The notes: a model not told the origin generated them from the sequence alone. A stretch of 64,000 nucleotides of DNA from Candidatus Hadarchaeota archaeon (GCA_964474885.1 CAYYWO010000004.1:20229-84228), one strand, 5' to 3'. Numbered from the stretch's first letter, positions 26,583-36,861 are shown. Made by a program: numbers and translations.

Positions 26583-26923
26583 GGATTAAGCACCCTTATT
26601 CCTCTTTCTCTGGCGAGTTCAAGAATCATACGTCTCTTGCGCTCTCCAACCGAGGAAGCTATCCTTATTGCTTCCGCAGCTGGGTTCACCTTTTCCACTT
26701 GTCTGGGGTTTTCGATCAGGACTTCCCTCAGGCCGCAAGGGTGGAGGCCCCTCACCTTCTTGGGTTGCCGGTATCCTATCTTGACTATTGGAGGTTTACC
26801 TTTTTTCTGAAGTCTCATCTTGCTGTCTTTCCCCTTGGGCTTCCTCCATTCCTCTCCCAGCCTGCCGTATCTCCACCACTCCTGCCTCCTAAATTCCGGA
26901 ACCTCACGCTTCTTCAGCCTCAT
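26579..26923 (-). CDS. rpl32e: 50S ribosomal protein L32e
   Basis: F.RQ, WRKPKG.DSK.R, GY..P...RGLHP.G. Confidence 0.96.
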   Translation of the reverse strand: MRLKKREVPEFRRQEWWRYGRLGEEWRKPKGKDSKMRLQKKGKPPIVKIGYRQPKKVRGLHPCGLREVLIENPRQVEKVNPAAEAIRIASSVGERKRRMILELARERGIRVLNP

Positions 26924-27444
26924 GAAATTCTATAGATTCCGTCTTGGAATACTCTCGGGTCCCTGCGCTTAATTTTGGTGGCATTCTCGATGTTCAGAGC
27001 CGTCTGACCAACCTCGTACTTGTCTATCCCTTCAACGATTACCTCATCCCCCTCCACCCTGACCTTGGCATCCCCAACTATCTCAGCCACCCTGGGGGCC
27101 TTTTCGCCCAGGAAGTTGGAAATTATCACTTTTCTCCCTTCCACCTTGACACTTATCGGGAAGTGCGCGTAGACTATTTTCATCTTGACCGTCCAGCCCT
27201 CCGTGACACCCTTTATCGCGTTCCTTATCAGTGCCTTGACTGTTCCCACCATGGCCTTGTGCTTCCTCTTCTCAAACTTACTCTTTATCACAATCGTCCT
27301 GTCCTCAGCAGAGATGGACAGCCAGTTGAGCCAGGGCTGGTCGAAGGATCTTTTGAGCTGTCCTTTCGGGCCGGAGATGATAATCGTCCTATCCTTAATG
27401 GAAAAATCTATTCCCTCGGGTATCCGAATTCTCTCCTCCAACAT
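26920..27444 (-). CDS. rpl6: 50S ribosomal protein L6
   Basis: GPKG, YAHFP, NFLGEK, DPRVFQDGIY; start at ATG 27444 (TAATG overlap). Confidence 0.97.
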   Translation of the reverse strand: MLEERIRIPEGIDFSIKDRTIIISGPKGQLKRSFDQPWLNWLSISAEDRTIVIKSKFEKRKHKAMVGTVKALIRNAIKGVTEGWTVKMKIVYAHFPISVKVEGRKVIISNFLGEKAPRVAEIVGDAKVRVEGDEVIVEGIDKYEVGQTALNIENATKIKRRDPRVFQDGIYRIS

Positions 27445-27833
27445 TACCACACGTAGGCGAGAAGTTTTCCCCCGAGCCCGCGTTCCTTAGCTTCTTTATT
27501 GGTCATCACGCCTTGAGGGGTCGAAACGATCAGGATACCGAGGTTCGCTGCAGGCAGATATCTCTTCTCCCACTTTTCGAATTCATCCTTCTTCACGGAG
27601 AAACGCGGTTTGATCACATTGCAGTCGTTTATCTTCCCTACGAGCTTTATCTTGAACTTTCCACCCCTCCCATCCTCCTCACGCTCGAAGTCACCGATGT
27701 ACCCTTCCCGCTTCATCAGCTCCAAGATCCTACCTATGAGTTTTGAAGCCGGTCTGGTCACCACTTCCTTCTTCCTCGCCCTCTCGTAGTTCTTTATCAT
27801 AGAGAGTGTATCAGCGAGCGGATCGTGTTGCAT
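27444..27833 (-). CDS. rps8: 30S ribosomal protein S8
   Basis: DPLAD, GYIG.F, IN.C.VIKPRF, STPQGVM, GG.LLAYV. Confidence 0.97.
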   Translation of the reverse strand: MQHDPLADTLSMIKNYERARKKEVVTRPASKLIGRILELMKREGYIGDFEREEDGRGGKFKIKLVGKINDCNVIKPRFSVKKDEFEKWEKRYLPAANLGILIVSTPQGVMTNKEAKERGLGGKLLAYVW

Positions 27834-27838
27834 GGTTC

Positions 27839-27985
27839 TCAGTTGTACTTTTTGAATCCCATCTTAGGTGCCATCTCCCTGAAGCACCTTCTACAAAGGA
27901 AGAGGTTATACCTAGTTATGACTGGGCCTATCCTCCCGCACCTCCTGCAAGGATGAGCTCCCTTTCCCCAGCGCTTTGGTGGCAT
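27839..27985 (-). CDS. rps14: 30S ribosomal protein S14 (zinc-binding)
   Basis: Own translation (below ORF-track cutoff): [48 protein letters not shown]; lies between L5 and S8. Confidence 0.96.
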   Translation of the reverse strand: MPPKRWGKGAHPCRRCGRIGPVITRYNLFLCRRCFREMAPKMGFKKYN

Positions 27986-28509
27986 CAGACTATTTGAACC
28001 CCAAAGTTATTTTTTACCCACTCCATCGCCTCTTCCTTGGAGACCCTGAAGCTTCTTGGTAACTTCTTTCTACACCTCTTCCGCCTGGCTATCCGGTAAC
28101 CCCTCCTCCTCAGCGACACGCACACATCCATGCCAAAAATACCGATATTGGGGTCGTACTTCATGCCCGGTATCTCTATGTACTCCTTGATGCCGAAGGC
28201 GAAGTTGCCCTGACCGTCGAAACATGATGCCTTCAGTTTATTGTCGACCGCCTTCAGGAGAAGTCCTAAGATCTCCATCCCCTTCTCTCCCCTGAGTGTG
28301 ACCATACAGCCGATGGGCTCGCGTTTTTTCACCCCCCACTCGCGTATCGTTTTCCTCGCAATGGTGCGCTTTGGTTTTCTCCCGGTCAGCCTTATCAGAA
28401 CCTGTTCCGCCCTATCTAGTTTCTCTCCACTCTCCCCAACGCCTATGTTGATAACGACTTTGTCCAGCAAAACTTCTTGCATAGGATTCCGAATCAACGG
28501 TCTCTTCAT
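27985..28509 (-). CDS. rpl5: 50S ribosomal protein L5
   Basis: [37 protein letters not shown]. Confidence 0.97.
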   Translation of the reverse strand: MKRPLIRNPMQEVLLDKVVINIGVGESGEKLDRAEQVLIRLTGRKPKRTIARKTIREWGVKKREPIGCMVTLRGEKGMEILGLLLKAVDNKLKASCFDGQGNFAFGIKEYIEIPGMKYDPNIGIFGMDVCVSLRRRGYRIARRKRCRKKLPRSFRVSKEEAMEWVKNNFGVQIV

Positions 28510-29228
28510 TGTTCTGGCAATGAGATAAGGGGAGTTTCCCTGCCGATTGGAAAGACATACTGCTGGATGGTTTCGAATTCTTCACTGTCGCTTCTCAATA
28601 CCACACTGGTTCTCCCCATGCCTAACCTTCTCACCTCAACCACCCTCCCCACCCTGGACACATTCTTCCCTCCGGATACATAAACAAGTGCTCCTCTCTC
28701 GAGTTTGATCACATCCAGCACTTTCTGCTCCGGCAGGGAGATCTTCAGAGAATCCCCGATCTTGTGATCTACCTGACCATCGAAGATGAAGGTCCTTCCG
28801 TCGTGAGTGCAAAGTTGGATCTTTCCTCCCTTAATCATTTTCTTCCTTTCGATCCTACACAGCTTGAAAGAAGACTCCTCCTCCGGGATCTGTTTAGGGA
28901 AGGGCCTCTCGTGATTGTCCAGAAGAATCCTGTAGTATAGCCCAGCGGAGGGGAAGGAAACAACGTCCATTAGGCCGGTTGGAAACTTGTGCTCTCTCAC
29001 AACTCTCCCATCCACCAGGACCCTCCCTTCCTTCAGCACCTTCTTGGCCTCCCTGAGGTTTCCCACCAGCTTCAGATAATCCCTCAATAAAACCCCTAGA
29101 GGTACGGAACGTACAGCTGAGTGTGGGCCCGGCTGGGGTTTGACCAGCCAAGTCGCAAGCTTCCTAGGTACCTTTAGCGGAGGTGCAGCATGCCTCTTCA
29201 AATGTTTGCTTTCACCCATCCGCGCCAT
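28506..29228 (-). CDS. rps4e: 30S ribosomal protein S4e
   Basis: HLKR..AP, PGPH, VDG.V, FP.GLMDV, HDGR. Confidence 0.96.
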   Translation of the reverse strand: MARMGESKHLKRHAAPPLKVPRKLATWLVKPQPGPHSAVRSVPLGVLLRDYLKLVGNLREAKKVLKEGRVLVDGRVVREHKFPTGLMDVVSFPSAGLYYRILLDNHERPFPKQIPEEESSFKLCRIERKKMIKGGKIQLCTHDGRTFIFDGQVDHKIGDSLKISLPEQKVLDVIKLERGALVYVSGGKNVSRVGRVVEVRRLGMGRTSVVLRSDSEEFETIQQYVFPIGRETPLISLPEQ

Positions 29229-29234
29229 CTCGCT

Positions 29235-29774
29235 CTACGGAGTACCACAAATATGCTTTTTCAATCTCTCGATTTGCTCCCTCAGCGCGATCAGTCTCCC
29301 GATGGCCGGGTGATCTTCCCCCAGCTTCCGTCTGAAATTCGCCAGCGTCTTCTCGAAAGGAACCTCCCTGTCACCTTCCACCAGCTTGTCAGCGTACGCA
29401 ACTATCTTCTCCTCAAGAGTCTGAGGAAAAAAATTCCTTGCTGGTAAACCTAAGCTTCTCGCCTCGCTAGCAGGCAATCCTCCCCCAATGTGATTCTCCG
29501 CGAAGCCAGCATACTCATCGAGCCCCATCTCCCTCAGTATTCTTCCACCCTCCACGCCGTGGGATATCCCGTGGGTTCTGGCCCTCCCGATGTCATGCAG
29601 AATTGCCCCCACCTTCACTTTCTCCACATCTACTTGAAGATGACGCGAGAACTCCTCGGCTATTCTTGCAGCAACCCGGGCAACGGCCCGGCAATGCTTA
29701 ATTACCTCTTCAGAGCACCCGGCCCTTCTTAGAACCTCAAGCGCCTCCTCAGTGCTCAACGCCTTCTTTCGCAA
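29235..29774 (-). CDS. HDIG-domain metal-dependent phosphohydrolase (TIGR00295-like)
   Basis: HC..V, LHDIGR, H...G, HIG.G, EEKIVAYADKL. Confidence 0.9.
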   Translation of the reverse strand: MRKKALSTEEALEVLRRAGCSEEVIKHCRAVARVAARIAEEFSRHLQVDVEKVKVGAILHDIGRARTHGISHGVEGGRILREMGLDEYAGFAENHIGGGLPASEARSLGLPARNFFPQTLEEKIVAYADKLVEGDREVPFEKTLANFRRKLGEDHPAIGRLIALREQIERLKKHICGTP

Positions 29775-30330
29775 GCTCCTGCTCCAAAAGCTTTATCTTG
29801 CTTTCCAGACTCTTCACCACGGGGGTGTTGTCGTAGTAGTCTAACTTTTCCCCACAAGTTGGACAAAGAAAATTGAGTTCCATAGCTACATCCATGGGTA
29901 TCTTGGGACAGTTATTGGGACACCTAAAGAAAACCGTCCCCCGCTCATACTCAAGCCTCTCCTTCAGCCTATCGAGCATCCTCTTCTTGTGTATCCGCAA
30001 GTACTCCTTGGCCCTCTGGGGCTCTATATACCAGTGGTAAACATACCAGCCCGTGCCATCGTCTCTCGTACGCCTGTAGTTCACCAAGCGCATGTCATAC
30101 AGGTCGTACAGGATCCTCCTGACGACATGGGCTTTGAGCCCTGTAGCCTTCGCCAGTCCGTCGTCCGTTAGCTCCTTTCTCATCAGGGCGGAGATCACCT
30201 TAAAACCCGGATCCCCAGCAACGGTTTCGATCACCTCCTTTATCTCCTTGTCCGGCAGGTCCTCCTTTCCCACCCCTTCCCTTGTCTTCCTCGGTCGCTT
30301 CACGGCTTTTTTCTGCTTCATGGCGTCCAT
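29749..30330 (-). CDS. tfe: transcription factor E (TFE alpha)
   Basis: wHTH TDD.LA..TG....VRRILY.L, GWY.Y.W, F.CP.CG zinc ribbon. Confidence 0.93.
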   Translation of the reverse strand: MDAMKQKKAVKRPRKTREGVGKEDLPDKEIKEVIETVAGDPGFKVISALMRKELTDDGLAKATGLKAHVVRRILYDLYDMRLVNYRRTRDDGTGWYVYHWYIEPQRAKEYLRIHKKRMLDRLKERLEYERGTVFFRCPNNCPKIPMDVAMELNFLCPTCGEKLDYYDNTPVVKSLESKIKLLEQELAKEGVEH

Positions 30331-30374
30331 GTCCCATATCCCCTTTTTTTAATCTCGATTTGTATGGAAGACAC

Positions 30375-31241
30375 TTAAATAAAGGCTTTTGGCTTCCTAA
30401 CCAGCACCCATCCCTTACCCACCGCGCACCGCTCAAAACCAACTTCCCTGAGCCTTCTGATGACGCCTGAGAGCACTCGCTTCCTCCGGGACCTGCCCGG
30501 CTCGCCCACGTAGTGGTATAACCGTCCCCTCGGTTTCAGCAGCCTAAAAAGTTGCCTATAAAAACCTAAAGAATACAGCTCGCCTGCCAGCGCGAACCTA
30601 GGAGGATCGTTCAGGATGACATCAAAAGCTTCCTCATCCAGCTGGTAAACGACCTCCGCCGCATCCCCCAGCACTATCGAAATGTTAGCCGAGCACAGCT
30701 CACGAGACCAAGGGTTCTCCTCAGCCATCTCCAGCACATTCCTATCTACCTCGATCGTCAAGACCTCCCCGCCGCGCTTCATGGACCAGATGGCGGTGTA
30801 ACCCAGACCCGTACCCACATCGAGAACCCGCGTACCATCCCTGACCCCGGCTTTGCCCACCTTGTCCGCCGCATCCCTCCAGGGATCCACATCCTTCACG
30901 CGATGCATGTGGATCCCTGAGATCTCGAGTGTGGGGGCTCCTTGACCCACATCCACTAGCTTGTAGAACTTGCCATTAGCAAAGCAACAAGCTTTCCTCA
31001 GTAGGTTCCCCTCAAGGATCCACACCTCTCCTGGTTTTATCTCAGGTAGGGCATGAAAGTTCAAAGCCCCGGCAGGTAGCTTGACCGTGCTCCCCTCGAG
31101 CTTCACCCTGATCGTTGACAACTCAAGGTCAAAACTGACTTCGGCCTCCCCTTTCCCCTCGGTTATCGCACGCTTTAACTTCTCCCAGGTTCTCCTCGTG
31201 AAGAGCAGGTGCCCCTTCGGGTTGAAGCTGTAGAATCTCAC
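30375..31241 (-). CDS. archaeal SAM-dependent methyltransferase (COG2521-like)
   Basis: PTLEISGIHMH, VLD.GTGLGYTA, NPWS, DPPRF..AGELYS. Confidence 0.88.
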   Translation of the reverse strand: MRFYSFNPKGHLLFTRRTWEKLKRAITEGKGEAEVSFDLELSTIRVKLEGSTVKLPAGALNFHALPEIKPGEVWILEGNLLRKACCFANGKFYKLVDVGQGAPTLEISGIHMHRVKDVDPWRDAADKVGKAGVRDGTRVLDVGTGLGYTAIWSMKRGGEVLTIEVDRNVLEMAEENPWSRELCSANISIVLGDAAEVVYQLDEEAFDVILNDPPRFALAGELYSLGFYRQLFRLLKPRGRLYHYVGEPGRSRRKRVLSGVIRRLREVGFERCAVGKGWVLVRKPKAFI

Positions 31242-32284
31242 TGCAGCTTTTGCCTCAGGGCTTCTAGGAGTGCCTCCAGGTTGGCCCCGTACTTGGCGGA
31301 AATTGGGACTACACTGTAGGGGCTGTGATTGAGGAACACGATCCTCCGCTGGAGGTCCGCGGGACTGAGGAGGTCTGTCTTGTTCAGGGCTATTAGCATC
31401 CGCTCATGCCCCTCGAGTATCTCTAAGGCGCTTTTCATCTTCCGGCAGAGCTCGTGGATGGGGTCCGACCCGTCCAGTACCAGGACGACCAGGTCTGAGA
31501 GCTCGATCTCCTCCAGGGTGGCCTTGAAGGCTTCAATCATCCAGGGGGGCAGGTCCTCGATGAATCCAACGGTGTCGGTCAGCAGAACGTTCGGGAGCCC
31601 CCTGACCCTTCTTGTCCGCGTGGTGAGGGTCGTGAACATCATGTCGTCCACTTCTGCTTCCCCTTCCGTCAGGGCATTCAGGAGGGTTGACTTCCCGGCG
31701 TTGGTGTAACCCGCTAGGGTAACGAGCTTGAAGCCCCTCCGCTTCCGGAGCTTTCGCTTGAGGCCCCTGCTCTCGGCTATCTTGACCAGTTTTCTGCGGA
31801 GATGCTGCAGCCTGTGCTTTATGGTGTCATAGTGAACCTGCACCTCATACTCGCCCCCACCCCTCCACCCGGGCTGCTCGGCCGAGAGCTGGCGCCTAAC
31901 CCTCTCCCGAACCCTAGGAAGCTCGTACTTCAACCTCGCGTACTCAACCTGCACCTTCGCCTCAGGCGTCCCGGCACGCATGGCGAAGATGTCTAGAATC
32001 AACTGGAACCTATCCAGCACCTCAACACCGAACAATTTGGAAAGTCTGAAGGCCTGCGAGGGGGAGAGCGGGTTCCCGAAGATGACCCTCTCAGCTCCAA
32101 GTTCCTTTACCTTTCTGGAGATCTCCTCGGCTTTACCCCTCCCGATACAGTAGGCTGGATCGGGGTGTCTGACCTGGGAGAAGGTGCCCACTATCTCATA
32201 ACCCAGGGTCCGTGCCAAAGAAATCATCTCATCCATGCGGGAGGGCTCGCCCGCGGAGCGCCTCTCGACTATGATCGCCCTCAC
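31238..32284 (-). CDS. hflX: GTPase HflX
   Basis: IG.GK, GYTNAGKSTL, FTTL, DTVGFI, NKTD; start placed at GTG 32284. Confidence 0.94.
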   Translation of the reverse strand: MRAIIVERRSAGEPSRMDEMISLARTLGYEIVGTFSQVRHPDPAYCIGRGKAEEISRKVKELGAERVIFGNPLSPSQAFRLSKLFGVEVLDRFQLILDIFAMRAGTPEAKVQVEYARLKYELPRVRERVRRQLSAEQPGWRGGGEYEVQVHYDTIKHRLQHLRRKLVKIAESRGLKRKLRKRRGFKLVTLAGYTNAGKSTLLNALTEGEAEVDDMMFTTLTTRTRRVRGLPNVLLTDTVGFIEDLPPWMIEAFKATLEEIELSDLVVLVLDGSDPIHELCRKMKSALEILEGHERMLIALNKTDLLSPADLQRRIVFLNHSPYSVVPISAKYGANLEALLEALRQKLQ

Positions 32285-32317
32285 AAAAAAGATTAAGGGC
32301 ACGCGGCAAATAATCTC

Positions 32318-34045
32318 GTGAGGGTGGCGATCCCTGCAGGACTGCTTGTAGGTCTCTTCCTCGTCCTGTGTGCATCCGGGACGATCCTAGCGAGAAGCGA
32401 TTTCTACTACAGGTCCATCGTGGGGCACTTCGAGATAAACGCAGACAAAACGATTTCCACAACCATCCAGTTTGAGCTCGTAAATCCTAGTTACACCCAG
32501 TGGCTGACTGGCATAACATGGACGGTGCCCTGTGGGATCTCCGATGTCAGAGCCTGGGACTCTCAAGGAGATTTGCGCGTCTCGACGGAAAACCTAGGCA
32601 CGAGCACCAAGATCTCGGTGAAGTTCAGATCAGCGGTCTACGGGAACATGTCCCTCCGTTTCTGGCTGTCCTACAAGATGATGGGAGTGGTGAAGGGAGG
32701 GAAGTTCGAGTACAGGTGCAACCTTGGTGCCATTAGTGCGCAAAGGGAGATCCAAGATTACGAGGTTTGGGTGAAGGGGCCCTCCAGTACTGAGCTGTTC
32801 CTAGCGAGCCCAGAGGCCGAACTCGAGGATGGCTGGCTAAAGCTCCGGACTTCACTTCAGCAGGGGGAGGCATGCGAGGGGCTGACCGCAGTCTACTTCT
32901 CGACTCCTGCCTTCTACACCGTAACCCTAACCGAAAAGATCCAGAACCAGAGTTCAAAGGAAACAACTGTGATGTTCCACTTTCTCCTCTTCAACAACTC
33001 CCAAGGACAATTCGCCGCTCTCTACAATTGCTCGCACCCTATCAGGTCACTCTGGATCGACGAGGAGAACAACTGGTACGCCGACGTGAAGCTGGACCTA
33101 CCACCCTACAGCCAGACGGTGGTACAGCTCAAGTGCTTCTGGTTCACAGATATATACAAGCCAGAGGTCGATACGAGCAATGCTGGATCCATCACTCAAA
33201 TAAGCGATGAGCTCGCACCCTACCTGAAGGAGCAGGAGTGGTGGGAGGTTAGCTCCCCCCAGATCCAAAGCAAGGCCTGGGAGGTCTCGGCCGGGGAGAC
33301 CAACGTATACAGGCTGGCGAAGCGGATCGTTCGGGCTGTCGGGGATTTGTTGACCTACCAGCAGACCCCCGAGAGACAGGGGGCACTCCAAACCCTGCTC
33401 CGGGGGTATGGAGACTGCGATGGATACAGTGACCTCACCATCGCCCTAGCCCGTGCGTCTGGGCTCCCCGCCAGGCTCTGCTTCGGCTGGGCCTGTCAGG
33501 AAAGCGAGTACAAGGGGCACGCCTGGGTGGAGTTTTACTCCCCTACCCTAGGCTGGCTGCCCTCCGACCCCACCTGGGCCGAGGAATGGGGGAACTACTT
33601 GTTCTGTTCCGACCCCTCCCACCTGCTGAGGGGAATAAGAGGGCTGAGCTCCTCGGACTCTTCCGTCAGAATGGAGTACTTCGGCTCGGCGCCTACAATT
33701 CAGGAGGAAGTGGAAATAACGCCCACAGACAATTCTACCATCTTCGGCCTCGCCCTCCAAGCTTGCTCCCTGTACCTCGGCGTCTGCGAAAACCTGGTAG
33801 GTAGCCAGGATCCCGTCCTACAGGCGGCCAGGAGCCACTACCAGAATGCGCTGGCCCTGGGCTCTCTGCCCGAGGCACTCGACTGCATCCAATGCTGCGG
33901 CACGATCATCTCGCTGCACGGTGAGGAATCCGAGCTCAGCCCAAGATTCCTTCTCCAACTCCCCATTGAGATCAGCCTAGAGCAGCTACTGGTAATCCTC
34001 CTGATCATTCTTGTGATCGTCACGGTCGTCGCGGTAAGCAGATAA
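32318..34045 (+). CDS. membrane-anchored extracellular transglutaminase-like protein
   Basis: Signal peptide; GDCDGYS, HAWVE, W...DPT (Cys-His-Asp triad); C-terminal TM. Confidence 0.88.
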   Translation: MRVAIPAGLLVGLFLVLCASGTILARSDFYYRSIVGHFEINADKTISTTIQFELVNPSYTQWLTGITWTVPCGISDVRAWDSQGDLRVSTENLGTSTKISVKFRSAVYGNMSLRFWLSYKMMGVVKGGKFEYRCNLGAISAQREIQDYEVWVKGPSSTELFLASPEAELEDGWLKLRTSLQQGEACEGLTAVYFSTPAFYTVTLTEKIQNQSSKETTVMFHFLLFNNSQGQFAALYNCSHPIRSLWIDEENNWYADVKLDLPPYSQTVVQLKCFWFTDIYKPEVDTSNAGSITQISDELAPYLKEQEWWEVSSPQIQSKAWEVSAGETNVYRLAKRIVRAVGDLLTYQQTPERQGALQTLLRGYGDCDGYSDLTIALARASGLPARLCFGWACQESEYKGHAWVEFYSPTLGWLPSDPTWAEEWGNYLFCSDPSHLLRGIRGLSSSDSSVRMEYFGSAPTIQEEVEITPTDNSTIFGLALQACSLYLGVCENLVGSQDPVLQAARSHYQNALALGSLPEALDCIQCCGTIISLHGEESELSPRFLLQLPIEISLEQLLVILLIILVIVTVVAVSR

Positions 34046-34095
34046 AAGATGTGACCAAAGTAATTAGGCACGGATGATGAACGCCTCAAGAGGAT

Positions 34096-34743
34096 TCATG
34101 ACTCTTGATGGGCGACCTGACGTGCCCAACCCATTTCTAGCAGGAATTTTTCCGTCCTGCGGCCCGAGCCCAAAACCCGAAGTAGGTCTGCCGGCTCATC
34201 CATGTCCCACAGGTTCGCCGACTCGTATATCGCAGGTTTCACGCCCGCACGCAGGGCCTCCTCAACGTGCCTAGCGAAGCTCCGCCCTCCGTAGTGGAGC
34301 GGAATTACGCACGGCGGCTGGAGTAGCATGGCTGCCGTCCCCCTCCCTTGAGTCGGTGATATCACTACCGCTCTGTCTCCCGCCCTCCTCCTCATCATCT
34401 CCTGCAGGTCCCAGGCGGTGAGAAGGGGTATATCCCCCACCAGCAGTAGCACGGACTCAAAGCCCAGCCGGACGGCTTCTCGCCTCCCCAACTCAAAAGC
34501 TTGGCTCACTCCCTTCCCTTCATCTCTTACCCCCATCGCTTCTCTGGATCTCGCCAGGCGCAGAACCGCCTCATCGGGGGAGATCACCATGCAGGGCAGT
34601 GGCGCACTTTCAACCGCCCTCAGCACGTCTTCCAACATACAGAGAACCAGCTTCTTCCTTTCCTCCTCAGGAAAGATGCCAGACATCTTCGATTTGGCCA
34701 GCTTCAAATCCTTCACGGCCACTATCGCCAGCGTCCTACTCAT
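34096..34743 (-). CDS. cofC: 2-phospho-L-lactate/PEP guanylyltransferase
   Basis: VK....AKS.M, MLEDVL, GDIPLL, GT, YG..SF..H, D.DEP.DL; start at ATG 34743; cof context. Confidence 0.9.
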   Translation of the reverse strand: MSRTLAIVAVKDLKLAKSKMSGIFPEEERKKLVLCMLEDVLRAVESAPLPCMVISPDEAVLRLARSREAMGVRDEGKGVSQAFELGRREAVRLGFESVLLLVGDIPLLTAWDLQEMMRRRAGDRAVVISPTQGRGTAAMLLQPPCVIPLHYGGRSFARHVEEALRAGVKPAIYESANLWDMDEPADLLRVLGSGRRTEKFLLEMGWARQVAHQES

Positions 34744-34769
34744 TGAAAAGCTCAATACACCCGTTGAAA

Positions 34770-35759
34770 ATGATGATGACCGTCGTGACTTTTTCCCGCA
34801 ACGTCTTTCTTCCAATCACAAACATGTGCAGGAACAGGTGCGCTTACTGTGGGTTCAGACAGGAACCTCCCTCAGCCTGGTTCATGATACCCGAGGAGGT
34901 GATGCGACTGGCTCAGAGGGGAGTACAGCTCGGGTGCTCGGAGGCTCTCCTCACGCTGGGAGAGAGACCTGAGGTTTACCCGCAGGTTAGACTTGCACTG
35001 AGGAAACTCGGGTTCAGCTCGACTGTCGACTATCTGGAATCCCTGTGTAAGCAGATCCTGAGGCTGGGCCTCCTCCCTCATACCAATGCAGGCTTGCTGG
35101 AGGAAGAAGAACTACGCAGGTTGCGGAGATACAATGCCAGCATGGGGCTGATGCTCGAGTGTGCCTCCCCTCTCTGGGTCCACTCCCAGAGCCCCGGGAA
35201 AGATCCCCAGCTCAGGTTGAAAGTCATCGAAACAGCGGGGAAGCTCAAAATACCCTTCACTACTGGGATCTTAGTGGGAATCGGGGAAACGAGGAAGGAC
35301 ATTAAGAAGTCCTTAGAGGTTCTCAAGGAGGTCCAGGATACGTATGGGCACATTCAGGAGATAATAATCCAGCCTTTCCAGCCCAAACCTGGAACCCCCA
35401 TGCAAAGTTGTCCTCCCCCGGAACCTGAGAGAGTCCTGTACGCGGTCAAAACCGCTGCCAGGATCTTCCCCAATACCGGCATACAGATCCCACCAAACCT
35501 AGTCCCCGATGTAGTACCTTTTCTCAGAGCGGGTGCGAATGACTTGGGCGGGATCTCTCCCCTCACCCCCGATTTTATAAACCCTGAGCATCCATGGCCG
35601 AACATCGACCAGCTGAGGATGGAGCTGGAATCGAGAGGTTTCCGCCTGAGGGAGAGGTTGCCGATCTACCCGAAATTTGCCAAGCTAACCGAATACATGT
35701 CCCCCGAAGTAAGGCGCGTGGTGGAGGATCTTCGCGATGAGGAGGGGTTCAGGCGTTAG
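34770..35759 (+). CDS. cofG: FO synthase subunit CofG
   Basis: VTFSRNVFLP.T..CRN.C.YCGF, EAL.T.GE, LPHTNAG, SMGLMLE, PFTTGIL.GIGE, D.INPE.PWP. Confidence 0.95.
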   Translation: MMMTVVTFSRNVFLPITNMCRNRCAYCGFRQEPPSAWFMIPEEVMRLAQRGVQLGCSEALLTLGERPEVYPQVRLALRKLGFSSTVDYLESLCKQILRLGLLPHTNAGLLEEEELRRLRRYNASMGLMLECASPLWVHSQSPGKDPQLRLKVIETAGKLKIPFTTGILVGIGETRKDIKKSLEVLKEVQDTYGHIQEIIIQPFQPKPGTPMQSCPPPEPERVLYAVKTAARIFPNTGIQIPPNLVPDVVPFLRAGANDLGGISPLTPDFINPEHPWPNIDQLRMELESRGFRLRERLPIYPKFAKLTEYMSPEVRRVVEDLRDEEGFRR

Positions 35760-36861
35760 GGAGGAGTTCACTTGGGCAGTGGAGAAAGCCCTAGCATTGG
35801 AGAAGTTGGACTTAGAGGAGGCATGGTGCCTCCTCTCGGCCCGGGGAGATGAAATCGAGATTCTCGTCAGGGCTGCGGATGAGCTTAGGAGAGAGCTAGT
35901 GGGTGATTACGTCACCTTTGTCGTGAACAGGAACATAAACTTCACAAATGTCTGCGTAACCGGATGTCACTTCTGTGCATTCGGTGTTCCTCCCGGTCAT
36001 AGGTCTGCCTACACTCTCACTCCACAGGAAATCAGAGAGAAGACTAGGGAAGCTGTAGAAAGAGGGGCTACTGAGATCTGCCTGCAGGGAGGGATAAATC
36101 CGCACCTCACACTCAAGGACTATTTACGGTTCTTAACCTGCATCAAGGAGGTGAACGACCGGATACACATCCACGCGTTCTCTCCCCACGAGGTGTTCTG
36201 CCTAGCCAAGAGGGAGAACCTAAGCGTCAGGAAGCTCCTCCTCGAGCTGAAAGAGCACGGACTGGACTCCATGCCGGGAACCGCTGCTGAGATCTTGGTC
36301 CAGAGGGTCAGGAAGCAGATATGCCCCTCCAAGATATCGGTTGCACAGTGGGTGGAGGTCATCGAAACCGCACATTCCTTGGGCATCCCCACAACCTGCA
36401 CCATGATGTATGGCACCGTTGAAAGCCTCAAAGAGAGAGCACAGCATTTGCTCCTCTTGAGGGACCTCCAGAAGAAAACGGGTGGTTTCACGGAGCTCGT
36501 TCTGCTTCCCTTCGTCTCTGAGAACACTAGGCTGGGCAAGGGGGGGGTCAGGGGCCCCTCTCTCCTGGACAGCCTCCGCACCCACGCCGCAGCGAGGCTC
36601 ATCCTCGGCTCTGCGATAAAAAACCTCCAAGCCTCTTGGGTGAAACTCGGGCCTAAAGGCGTAGCCCTCATGCTTCAAGCAGGTGTAAACGATCTAGGCG
36701 GGACCCTGATGGAGGAGAACATAACCAGATCGGCGGGGGGAAAGTGGGGTCAGGAAATGACACCAGAGCAGTTCAAGAAGCTCATCCAGTCCGTAGGAAG
36801 GATACCCGTCCAGAGGACTACCCTGTACGAGCCTGTCGACAGTAGTCCAATATCACCCTAG
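35737..36861 (+). CDS. cofH: FO synthase subunit CofH
   Basis: VTFVVNRNINFTNVC...C.FCAF, QGG, PGTAAEIL, QASWVKLG, GGTLMEENI. Confidence 0.95.
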   Translation: MRRGSGVREEFTWAVEKALALEKLDLEEAWCLLSARGDEIEILVRAADELRRELVGDYVTFVVNRNINFTNVCVTGCHFCAFGVPPGHRSAYTLTPQEIREKTREAVERGATEICLQGGINPHLTLKDYLRFLTCIKEVNDRIHIHAFSPHEVFCLAKRENLSVRKLLLELKEHGLDSMPGTAAEILVQRVRKQICPSKISVAQWVEVIETAHSLGIPTTCTMMYGTVESLKERAQHLLLLRDLQKKTGGFTELVLLPFVSENTRLGKGGVRGPSLLDSLRTHAAARLILGSAIKNLQASWVKLGPKGVALMLQAGVNDLGGTLMEENITRSAGGKWGQEMTPEQFKKLIQSVGRIPVQRTTLYEPVDSSPISP

